This document shows, in pieces, positions 1 to 7,594 of a stretch of DNA of 38,238 nt; positions within the stretch are counted from its first letter, which is position 1; each line of letters opens with the position of its first letter. Source of the DNA: Methanolinea tarda (lineage in GTDB: Archaea; Halobacteriota; Methanomicrobia; Methanomicrobiales; JACTUA01); NCBI GenBank assembly GCA_037916685.1, contig JBAIXL010000110.1, forward strand, positions 1-38,238. The letters run 5' to 3'. A model generated the notes under the pieces. That model was not told the DNA's origin. It ran no database searches and worked only from the letters and a program-made list of their open reading frames with translations. The translations under genes were made by a program, and so were the position numbers.

Positions 1-315
1 AACAGAGAAGGGAGAGACGGTATAACGGGTTTTGCTCATACTGTGATTTCCCGCTATAGCGACGACCGGAATTCCCGCATGGCGCAGGCGCTCAAGTGCC
101 TCTAGTACCGTCACATAGGATCGGGTCTTAGGCCGGACCTGGTCAAAGAGATCTCCCGCATGGACAAGGACATCGGGCTTTGCCTGGATGATACGGTCGA
201 TCGCGTTGAGAAAGTTCTCGTAGATCAGCTTCTCACGGAGGTTCATCCCGTCGGCATCCAGTACATTGAACGCCGCAAAACCCAGATGCGTATCGGCAAT
301 ATGGATGATCCTCAT
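1..315 (-). CDS. mre11: Mre11/SbcD-family DNA repair nuclease, N-terminal 105 codons (rest of gene lies left of the window)
   Basis: Reverse-strand translation from the ATG at 315-313 gives MRIIHIADTHLGFAAFNVLDADGMNLREKLIYENF...PDVLVHAGDLFDQVRP...IPVVAIAGNHS. Phosphoesterase motifs I (D-x-H), II (G-D-x-x-D) and III (G-N-H) have the order and spacing of archaeal Mre11. The frame stays open to the window edge. Not in the ORF track. Confidence 0.75.
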   Translation of the reverse strand, partial: MRIIHIADTHLGFAAFNVLDADGMNLREKLIYENFLNAIDRIIQAKPDVLVHAGDLFDQVRPKTRSYVTVLEALERLRHAGIPVVAIAGNHSMSKTRYTVSPFSV

Positions 316-492
316 GTCCTCTCGTTATCTCCGTAGAATCCGGGATGATTAATCGTTTGGAGCGCGGGGCGAATATGATCCTCCTCAGCTATTCTTATAG
401 AGGGTTTCCGATATTAGTATGGTGATATTTTCTTGTCGCGGCGTGCCGTCGATGCGGTGTTTCATGCCTCCTTCCTTCTCTGTGAAATACGG

Positions 493-615
493 ATGATCCT
501 ACGGGAGACTGCTCCCGATCACAAACTGGAGCCCGGGACTGCAGCCCGTGTCCGTGACCTGATCGATACCCTTGAGCAGGAGGCCCATATACTGCGGGAG
601 GAGCTGGTTCGATGA
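493..615 (+). CDS. Small helical protein (40 aa from ATG 493; 60 aa if TTG 433 is used), translationally coupled to SepCysS
   Basis: Part of track ORF 433..615. Its TGA (613-615) overlaps the SepCysS ATG (612-614) as ATGA. The C-terminal half, ARVRDLIDTLEQEAHILREELV, looks like an amphipathic helix. No recognisable family, and the start is uncertain. Confidence 0.35.
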   Translation: MILRETAPDHKLEPGTAARVRDLIDTLEQEAHILREELVR

Positions 616-1799
616 AGTGCGGCATCGACCTGGAGACCCGCGAAGTGGAGGAGCTGTATATCAACATCGACCCCATCCAGGCTGGAGGAAGACTCACCAC
701 CGACGCGATGAAGGCGATCATCGCCTACGGGGACGGATATTCGGTCTGCGACGCCTGTAGGAAACCGTTTCGCCTGGATTACATCAAAACTCCCCCCATC
801 GATGCATTCCACCGGGACCTCGCCGAGTTCGTGCACATGGATGTCGCACGGGTGGTCGCAGGTGCACGACGCGGATTTCAGGCGATCACCGGGACGTACG
901 TAGGAAAAGGGGATCCAGTACTCCTCTCCGCACTCTCCCATTATACCGAATTCCTGTCGGTTGAATCCCAGGACGGCATTCCCCTGGAAATACCCAAAGA
1001 CAAGAACAACAGGATCACGGCCGATGCGACCGCTGAGAAGATCGAGGGCATTCTGCGACAGTACGGACAGGCCCCGGCGCTCCTCTTTATCGATCACTTT
1101 GATTACCAGTTTGGTAATGAACATCCGGTGAAAGAGATCATCCGGGTCGGGCATCAGTACGACATCCCGGTGGTGTATAACGGCGCCTACACCGTGGGTA
1201 TTCTGCCCGTCGATGGCAAAGATATGGGGGCAGACTTTGTGGTCGGTTCTGGACACAAGAGTATGGCCGCTCCTGCTCCCTCCGGAGTTCTTGCCGCTAC
1301 GGAAGAACGCGCCCAGGAAGTGTTCCGGACGACCCGGGTAAAGGGGGATGTTACCGACAGAACCTTTGGGATCAAGGAGGTGGAGATGATGGGCTGCACG
1401 CTGATGGGCGTCACGCTGATGGGGATGATGGCCTCCTTCCCCCACGTGCGGGAACGGGTGGAGCGATGGAACCAGGAACTTGAGAATGCCCGCCTAATAA
1501 CCGGGGCGCTCCAGGCAATCGAGGGAACCCGCATTCTCAGCGAATGCCCCCGAAAGCATACTCTTACCCGGGTGGATACCCAGCAGTCCTTCGACAAGGT
1601 GGCCCAGTCCCACAAGAAAAGAGGATTTTTCTTTACCAGCGCCCTTCGTGACCGGGGTATTGCCGGCCTCATTCCCGGAGCCACCAAGGTCTGGAAGTTC
1701 AATACCTACGGTCTTTCCCCTGCCCAGATCGACCATCTGGCGCACGCGTTTACGGATATCGCGCGAGCGAACGGCCTTAACGTTCAGGAAGGGTGGTAA
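612..1799 (+). CDS. pscS: O-phospho-L-seryl-tRNA:Cys-tRNA synthase (SepCysS), PLP-dependent
   Basis: 395 aa. The N-terminus has INIDPIQAGGRLT. The PLP-lysine region is SGHKSMAAPAPSGVL. Length and layout match archaeal SepCysS as I remember it. Confidence 0.85.
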   Translation: MKCGIDLETREVEELYINIDPIQAGGRLTTDAMKAIIAYGDGYSVCDACRKPFRLDYIKTPPIDAFHRDLAEFVHMDVARVVAGARRGFQAITGTYVGKGDPVLLSALSHYTEFLSVESQDGIPLEIPKDKNNRITADATAEKIEGILRQYGQAPALLFIDHFDYQFGNEHPVKEIIRVGHQYDIPVVYNGAYTVGILPVDGKDMGADFVVGSGHKSMAAPAPSGVLAATEERAQEVFRTTRVKGDVTDRTFGIKEVEMMGCTLMGVTLMGMMASFPHVRERVERWNQELENARLITGALQAIEGTRILSECPRKHTLTRVDTQQSFDKVAQSHKKRGFFFTSALRDRGIAGLIPGATKVWKFNTYGLSPAQIDHLAHAFTDIARANGLNVQEGW

Positions 1800-1803
1800 C
1801 ACC

Positions 1804-1810
1804 TTTATAG
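1804..1810 (+). promoter_or_regulatory. TATA box for the DUF362 gene (leaderless or short-leader mRNA)
   Basis: TTTATAG begins 30 nt upstream of the ATG at 1834, just after the SepCysS stop. Confidence 0.5.
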
Positions 1811-1833
1811 AAAGGATGCATTAGTGCCCTTCC

Positions 1834-2754
1834 ATGGTGCCGGACACATCAGCCAGGGTATTTCTCTGTTCCGGGGATGACCGGAAGATCGCGATACCCG
1901 CTCTTCTTCAACAGTTTGATCTCTCACCGGCACGGGAAGGGCATGTGGCCCTGAAAGCAAATTTTAACAGCGCCGATCCCTTTCCCGCGTCCACTCATCT
2001 GCTGACCCTGGAAACCCTGATCACAGAGATCGCGGCCCAAGGGCCATCGAGCATCACCTTTGGAGAGCGCAGCGGCATGGGGAATACCTCCCGGGTGCTG
2101 AAAGACTGCGGGGTAAAGGCACTGGCCGGAAGGCTGGGATTTGACATGGTGGTTCTGGATGATCTGCCTGTCGGTGAATGGAAGCGAATCGAGGATCCGG
2201 ACCTGCACTGGAAGCGGGGTTTCTGGATCCCCCGTTTCTTCGTCGAATCCGATTTCGTGGTTCAGACCTGCTGTCTGAAGACACACCGGTTCGGAGGGCA
2301 TTTTACCCTTTCCCTGAAGAACTCGGTGGGTCTGGTGGCGAAACGCATGCAGGACGATCCTCGGGATTACATGGCAGAGTTACACTCCTCTCCCGACCAG
2401 CGGCTGATGATCGCCGAGATAAATCACTACTATCCGGTCCACATCGCCCTCATGGACGCGGTGAAAGGGTTTGCCACACAGGGTCCCGAACGAGGCCGGC
2501 TGATCGAACCTAATCTCCTTCTTGCCTCCTCCGACCGGGTCGCACTGGATATGGCCGGAGTGGCCCTGCTCCGCAGCTATGGGACCACCCCGGAGGTAAT
2601 GCAGGGAAGAATATCCGAACAGGAGCAGATCGCGAGGGCCGCAGAACTGGGGGTAGGAATTCACACACCTTCCCGTATTGAACTCATCCCACTGGACGAG
2701 AAAAGCGCACATGCCGCGGAAGGACTCCGGGAGATCCTCAAGGTCCAGGGTTGA
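1834..2754 (+). CDS. DUF362 domain-containing protein
   Basis: 306 aa. VALKANFNS...STH and VVQTCCLKTHRFGGHFTLSLKNSVGLV resemble the conserved DUF362 blocks (memory-based). Confidence 0.7.
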   Translation: MVPDTSARVFLCSGDDRKIAIPALLQQFDLSPAREGHVALKANFNSADPFPASTHLLTLETLITEIAAQGPSSITFGERSGMGNTSRVLKDCGVKALAGRLGFDMVVLDDLPVGEWKRIEDPDLHWKRGFWIPRFFVESDFVVQTCCLKTHRFGGHFTLSLKNSVGLVAKRMQDDPRDYMAELHSSPDQRLMIAEINHYYPVHIALMDAVKGFATQGPERGRLIEPNLLLASSDRVALDMAGVALLRSYGTTPEVMQGRISEQEQIARAAELGVGIHTPSRIELIPLDEKSAHAAEGLREILKVQG

Positions 2755-2761
2755 ATATCTC

Positions 2762-2766
2762 TTTTT
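2762..2766 (+). terminator. Oligo-T terminator after the DUF362 gene
   Basis: A T5 run (CTCTTTTTAA) lies 8 nt after the stop at 2752-2754. Confidence 0.4.
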
Positions 2767-2908
2767 AACCCATCGGAAAACCCCGTACCAAATAGGGTGC
2801 TTCCGTCATTTTCGCATCTCGCCCGACCACCATTCCGCGGAGGCACCATAGCGGATCCCCGGATCCGGTCAGATTATTTCGTTATCCTAATCAGCCACCC
2901 GGACAGTT

Positions 2909-3505
2909 ATGATTATGGTGAACCTGGGAGACCCTGTTTTTGTCAGCTGGGTAGTACTCCCGGCTGTCATCCTCGTTGCCCGGATCATCGAAACCAGCCT
3001 GAAAACTCTGCGTCTGGTCTACGTAGCGAAAGGACTGAAATACCTGGCGTCGGTGATTGGAATGGGCGAGGTGGCCGTATGGCTTCTGTCCACCGGGCTG
3101 GTCATCACCAACCTCACCAACATACTCGGAATTCTTGCATATATCGTGGGATATGCCCTCGGTACGGTGTTGGGGATGGACGTGGAAGACCGTCTGAAGT
3201 TCGGACATGTGATCGTGAGGATCATTACCCGGTCGGACACGGAAGGGATGATGCGTGAGCTGAGGGAAAAGGGTTTTGGAATCACAAGAATCGAGGGGCA
3301 GGGAAGTTACGGTTCGTCAGTGGCAGTCCTGCTGGTGCTGGTTCCCCGACACGGGTTGGATGATCTGGTGTCCACCTTGAATACTCATTATCCGGAAGCA
3401 ATCTTCTCTGTGGAAGACATCCGGTCCCTGAAAGAGAATGCGTCCATCTTTTTCCGCCCGCGCGGAAATGGGTTTCTGGAGCGCCTGCGGGAAAAAATAG
3501 GATAG
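2909..3505 (+). CDS. UPF0316/DUF2179-family membrane protein
   Basis: 198 aa. The N-terminus has hydrophobic helices with ARIIETSLKTLRLVYVAKG. The soluble C-terminal domain contains GFGITRIEGQGSYGSS, typical of UPF0316 proteins. Confidence 0.7.
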   Translation: MIMVNLGDPVFVSWVVLPAVILVARIIETSLKTLRLVYVAKGLKYLASVIGMGEVAVWLLSTGLVITNLTNILGILAYIVGYALGTVLGMDVEDRLKFGHVIVRIITRSDTEGMMRELREKGFGITRIEGQGSYGSSVAVLLVLVPRHGLDDLVSTLNTHYPEAIFSVEDIRSLKENASIFFRPRGNGFLERLREKIG

Positions 3506-3636
3506 GAATCGGGACCAGAACAATTCGTAAGGATATCCATCCTTTCCGACCATCCCCAGATCGGGAAGTACGATATCCCTGTCCGCGGTACGTAATTGGT
3601 CCGGCCTGGAAATTCCTTAAAGAATTGTGAGATCTC

Positions 3637-3804
3637 ATGAAACCGGTCTGTGACATCTGTGGAAAGGAGGCCATTGGTATCCAGTGCCTGGGATGTTGTG
3701 GTACCACGGTCTGCGGGGATCATGCTCTGCCCATCTTACGGGATTTGAAACCGGGTGAAAAGAAGGATTGGGGGGCCTGTTATTTCTATCGGTTTGAAGA
3801 ATAA
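3637..3804 (+). CDS. Small Cys-rich (zinc-ribbon-like) protein, 55 aa; too short for the ORF track
   Basis: My own translation: MKPVCDICGKEAIGIQCLGCCGTTVCGDHALPILRDLKPGEKKDWGACYFYRFEE, ending in TAA at 3802-3804. It has 8 Cys including CxxC and CxxCC. Codon choice resembles neighbouring genes, and it sits in an otherwise unassigned gap. Confidence 0.45.
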   Translation: MKPVCDICGKEAIGIQCLGCCGTTVCGDHALPILRDLKPGEKKDWGACYFYRFEE

Positions 3805-4100
3805 TACTAAGTCCCAAGGCAAGGTTCCTGAAGGCAAAAAACTTGGTTGATTATATGGCAGGCCGATCATGAACTCGGAACTTCCGCAACAGAACCTGTG
3901 AAAAGGAGTTGTGGTGACGGCATGGCTGCTTGTGGATGCGTACTCCATGAAACAACCATGCCGCCGTCGATAAAAAGGGATCTGATCGCATATGTATTTT
4001 ACGGCGGAGAAACGCCGGGTTACCGAAAGTGGCCGGGATCCGGGATCTCCTATCGTGTGGGCTTAACGGTTTGACCGGTTCTTTCCGGAATTTAAGGGAA

Positions 4101-5045
4101 TCATCGATATCCGCAGAGATCGGGAATTCCCCGATGAAGTCCCACCGCCCGAGCACATGCCACCGCATACCGGTACTCCTCCTCGGTAATGCCTCGCCGG
4201 ATGAGTTTCAATAGGGGCATCTCGTCTCCCGTGAAAGATGGTAGGGTCCTACGGAACGTGTACTGGTCCATGATGTTCACATAGCTGTTTTTCGAGAGAT
4301 CATCCGCGATGAAGGGCATGATCTCTTCGCTGCTGGCCAGGTTATGGGGAAGCACCAGATGACGTATGATCATACCTCGTACCGCAATCCCATCCTGGAG
4401 GGCGAGATCCCCGACCTGGCGGTGCATTTCTTTGAGGGCGGAATGCATGGATTCGACGTAATGCGCGGCATGTGATAGCTCCCAGGCCACGTCGTCTCGG
4501 CCATACTTCGCATCTGGCATGTAGATGTCCACCACCCCGTCCAGGAGTGAGAGGGTTTGGGTGGAATCGTATCCTCCACTATTGTACACGAGCGGGATGC
4601 TGAGACCGTTCGATGCGGCAGTGTCCACAGCCTGAATGATCTGTGGCACGATGTGGGATGGTGAAACGAAATTGATATTGTGACAGCCGGTCTGTTGCAG
4701 GTTCAGCATGATCCTCGCGAGGGTATCACAGGAGACCTCCGTGCCCTGGCCACACTGGCTGATCGGGTAATTCTGACAGAAGATGCATCGCATGTTGCAG
4801 TTGGTGATGAAAATGGTGCCGGATCCCCGGGTACCCACCAGGGGCATCTCCTCACCGAAGTGGGGTCCATAACTGGAAACGAGGGGGCGGCTGCCCGTTT
4901 GGCAGAACCCCGTCTCGCCATGCAACCGATCGACATGGCACTGTTGCGGGCAGACGGTGCAATCTTCCAGCAGCGCCCACGACAATTCTGCCCGCTTTTT
5001 GAGTTCTCCGGTTTCATGCAGGGAACGATATCCGACTTCCGCCAT
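4101..5045 (-). CDS. Radical SAM protein, PflX-like (relative of pyruvate formate-lyase activase)
   Basis: 314 aa with the CxxxCxxC motif in ITNCNMRCIFCQNY. An extra N-terminal Cys cluster is present (CTVCPQQCHV...FC). Confidence 0.8.
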   Translation of the reverse strand: MAEVGYRSLHETGELKKRAELSWALLEDCTVCPQQCHVDRLHGETGFCQTGSRPLVSSYGPHFGEEMPLVGTRGSGTIFITNCNMRCIFCQNYPISQCGQGTEVSCDTLARIMLNLQQTGCHNINFVSPSHIVPQIIQAVDTAASNGLSIPLVYNSGGYDSTQTLSLLDGVVDIYMPDAKYGRDDVAWELSHAAHYVESMHSALKEMHRQVGDLALQDGIAVRGMIIRHLVLPHNLASSEEIMPFIADDLSKNSYVNIMDQYTFRRTLPSFTGDEMPLLKLIRRGITEEEYRYAVACARAVGLHRGIPDLCGYR

Positions 5046-5134
5046 ACAGGATCCCGAATGAACGGAATACAGACGAGATCAGGGATAAATTTTCCCCTTT
5101 CCAGGGATTCTTCGTAAAATCACACCATCATCGG

Positions 5135-6325
5135 TCAGGATGGAAGTATACGTCCATCCCTTGCGGTGAGGGAGTGTCGATCCTGGATACATTCCCGGAC
5201 GAGGTGAGGAATATTTAACCGCTTCTCCAGTTCCCATATCTCCTCCTGCAGGGCTCCGGTGGAGGGTTTATGGGGAACGGCACGGCAGGATAGGTCCCCG
5301 CCCGGACCCGGGAATGTACCGATTCTTCGGCCACAGTCGATGATCTCTTTTTTGTCATAGGCGATGAGAGGCCGTAGGACGGGCAGGGTCGCCGCCCCGG
5401 AGATGGTAACAAGGTTGGTGAGCGTCTGGGATGCAACCTGGCCCAGGTTCTCGCCGGTCACCAGGGCCTCCGCCCCGATCTCCGCTGCCAGGAGGCTTGC
5501 CGTGGCATACATGAACCGTTTACAGATCACACAGCGAAACCGGGGTGGAATATCCTTCGCCTCCATCTGCCGGAACAGTCTGCCCACCGGTACGAGTTCC
5601 ATCTCCAATGGATCTCCGGGGCACCAGGTAGAAAGCCGCTGGAGATTTATTTCTGCCCCCCTTCTCACCCCCGTACCGCTCCATTCTTCTGCATCAAAAA
5701 ATATACACCGGGGCAGGCAACCCCTTCTCATCATCATCCATGCGGCTACCGGTGAATCGATTCCGGAGGACAGGAGGGTCAGAACTCTTCCCTGCGTGCC
5801 CAATGGCAGTCCGCCGGGCCCGGAGAATCGTTGATCACATACCAGCCCACCGATGGTACGCACCTCCGCATGCAGCTCATACTGAGGACAGTTCAGATCC
5901 ACCCGGAGACCGGGAATGTGACGAGAGATCTCTTCTCCCAGGTATGCCGCCAGTTGCGGACTTGGCATTCCCTCTTTTTTCTCCCTCTTTGCCCGTACCG
6001 CGAAACTCATACCCGGTGAAAGCGACTTCTTTGCGATGGCAACGGCGGTTTTCGCAATATCTTCGGGATCGGATCCGGTTTGGATGCAGATGCCCGTATC
6101 CACCACCCCGAATACCCTCGCGACGGCAAGGGCAATCTCCCGCGGTCTATCCCCGTGGATGATAATACGTCCCCGGGGGCTCTCGATCTGAAAAGACAGT
6201 TCATTTGCCTGAAGCGTCTTTCCGATATTGCCGATGAGAATCGATATGAAGCGCTTTTTAACGGGTTCACTTTTTAAAAAGAGTTCCCCATACCGGACCA
6301 TCACCGCCGTTTCTTCTTCTGCCAT
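5135..6325 (-). CDS. thiI: tRNA 4-thiouridine / thiamine sulfur-carrier protein ThiI
   Basis: THUMP-type N-terminus MAEEETAVMVRYGELFLKS and PP-loop LLSSGIDSPVAAW. I prefer the ATG at 6325 over the track start at 6421, because 6326-6421 is AT-rich, holds a perfect hairpin, and ThiI proteins normally begin right at the RYGE(I/L)xLK block. Confidence 0.85.
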   Translation of the reverse strand: MAEEETAVMVRYGELFLKSEPVKKRFISILIGNIGKTLQANELSFQIESPRGRIIIHGDRPREIALAVARVFGVVDTGICIQTGSDPEDIAKTAVAIAKKSLSPGMSFAVRAKREKKEGMPSPQLAAYLGEEISRHIPGLRVDLNCPQYELHAEVRTIGGLVCDQRFSGPGGLPLGTQGRVLTLLSSGIDSPVAAWMMMRRGCLPRCIFFDAEEWSGTGVRRGAEINLQRLSTWCPGDPLEMELVPVGRLFRQMEAKDIPPRFRCVICKRFMYATASLLAAEIGAEALVTGENLGQVASQTLTNLVTISGAATLPVLRPLIAYDKKEIIDCGRRIGTFPGPGGDLSCRAVPHKPSTGALQEEIWELEKRLNIPHLVRECIQDRHSLTARDGRILPS

Positions 6326-6370
6326 ATCCGTCCTCTCGACTGCCCGGGCTTTAGATCCTGTCTGTAGATG

Positions 6371-6395
6371 TAGCCTTTTTGTCTGAAAAAGGCTA
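6371..6395 (-). other. Perfect 10-bp inverted repeat (stem-loop) in the presumed thiI 5' leader
   Basis: TAGCCTTTTT (6371-6380), loop GTCTG, AAAAAGGCTA (6386-6395). It lies 46-70 nt upstream of the thiI ATG at 6325. Confidence 0.6.
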
Positions 6396-6452
6396 TCTTT
6401 ATTCATTTCTCCTCGTATCATACAGAAATCTCTTTAATAAAACAGAAGGAAC

Positions 6453-7094
6453 ATGTATGAAATGGCAAAAAAAGGACGAAAAGCGGCGCCACCGGCCGAA
6501 CCGCTGAAGTTATTCTACATTTTCTACAACCAGGAACGCTGGGACAACTGGATGAAAACACTGCGGGAGTCCAGTTTCGAGGTGGACCCGGATAGCGAGG
6601 ATATGCCGGAAGGTTTTCGGATTCTGGATGGATTCTCCGAAGATATCACTGTCTCTGTCCTAAAAATCATCCGACTCTACCAGAATCACCGGTTTGATAA
6701 GAACGAGGCATTGAAGAAACTGGACGAGGTGGAACGGATTGTTATGTCCGAACCCTCCCCGGATCTGGAGGAGATCATAGAACTGCTTCAATTGTCCAAG
6801 GCTGTGCTGTTCGCATCCTGTCGTAAATATCTGGAAGGCACACTTGAAAAAGATATTAAGACGCTGGTCAAAAAAGGGCGTGCGCTGGGCGATAACAGTA
6901 TGGAACAGGCACTGGATATCGCAGCCCAGGTGGGGGCCAGTGTGATCGACGGCACCACCTGCTGCCGCAAATATCTGAAAGATGATCTCGAACAACCCTC
7001 ACTCTTCGATGAATGGTTGATAGAATGTGAACGGATGAGTGAGGCCATGGATTCTCTAAAAGATTTCGACGAACAGGCCGGAGAAGACGATTGA
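6453..7094 (+). CDS. Conserved-looking acidic cytosolic protein of unknown function
   Basis: 213 aa with a clean codon pattern and no catalytic motif I recognise. It may belong to an archaeal DUF family (DUF2150 comes to mind, unverified). Confidence 0.65.
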   Translation: MYEMAKKGRKAAPPAEPLKLFYIFYNQERWDNWMKTLRESSFEVDPDSEDMPEGFRILDGFSEDITVSVLKIIRLYQNHRFDKNEALKKLDEVERIVMSEPSPDLEEIIELLQLSKAVLFASCRKYLEGTLEKDIKTLVKKGRALGDNSMEQALDIAAQVGASVIDGTTCCRKYLKDDLEQPSLFDEWLIECERMSEAMDSLKDFDEQAGEDD

Positions 7095-7543
7095 TCGCGG
7101 GGAAGGCCAAATTCCGGGGTGCCCGCAGGATCGAACGGGCAGCCGGATACCGCATCCCCGATTCTGCCTTTCATCCGGCGTTCCTGGAGGCGATCACCTC
7201 CCGAGTCAATTTCGACCAGCTGGATTCCGGACTCCGTGAACAGGTCCTCCAGTTTCTCCATGATTTCCTCCGCTGTGAATGTCGTGATCGCCCTCTCTGC
7301 GGATGTCCAGAGAAAAAATTCTCCAGAAAGATCATCGAATTACGGGAAGAGGGACTGGATCACCACCAGATCAGCAGTGTTCTGCTCGATGAATACGGGA
7401 TCGATCTCTACCCCGCAGATATCCTGAGTTTTCTGGAGGATTCGGTCCACATCCTGGAAGCGATCGAAGATATCGCTCAGCTCCAGGGAGAAAACACCAT
7501 GGTTCAGGAGACACGGCGGCACATTCGTGAGATTGTTCGGTAA
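7091..7543 (+). CDS. Hypothetical protein with a CxC-x6-CxC motif; TTG start overlapping the upstream stop
   Basis: 150 aa with the motif CECRDRPLCGC followed by a helical region (IIELREEGLDHHQISSVLLDEYGI) reminiscent of an HTH. TTG 7091 is the only canonical in-frame start before codon 137. Confidence 0.6.
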   Translation: MIAGKAKFRGARRIERAAGYRIPDSAFHPAFLEAITSRVNFDQLDSGLREQVLQFLHDFLRCECRDRPLCGCPEKKFSRKIIELREEGLDHHQISSVLLDEYGIDLYPADILSFLEDSVHILEAIEDIAQLQGENTMVQETRRHIREIVR

Positions 7544-7569
7544 TTTCGCGATTCCGGCTTTCAGCTAAC

Positions 7570-7575
7570 TTTTTT
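7570..7575 (+). terminator. Oligo-T terminator after the 7091..7543 gene
   Basis: A T6 run lies 27 nt after the stop. Confidence 0.45.
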
Positions 7576-7594
7576 GGAGTCACTCGGAACCATA

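Noticed and set aside
519-1445. 308-aa ORF antisense to SepCysS
   Set aside because: It lies entirely inside a well-supported gene on the other strand. Its composition is Arg/His/Gly/Pro-rich and low-complexity, typical of shadow ORFs in GC-rich DNA.
2853-2866. Tandem GGATCC-CC-GGATCC palindrome just upstream of the UPF0316 TATA-like box
   Set aside because: GGATCC and CCGGGATC-type strings are frequent throughout this window, inside genes as well, so this is probably compositional. It is kept only as a weak possibility for an operator.
3805-4100. Possible RNase P or SRP RNA (an ACAGAAC-like motif and the spacer length)
   Set aside because: The GAGGAAAGUCC-type CR-I element of RNase P is absent, as is the conserved SRP helix-8 motif. 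Only a generic hairpin is present.
6326-6421. N-terminal extensions in the ORF track: thiI to 6421, hisS to 13491, nadM from 14518, CYTH from 29100, phosphoesterase to 30541, PAN from 31725, DUF126 to 32125, TspO to 38236, and the HTH protein to 17860
   Set aside because: These extensions overlap neighbouring genes or promoters, lack conserved residues, and often begin at TTG or GTG. Internal ATGs coincide with the conserved family N-termini.
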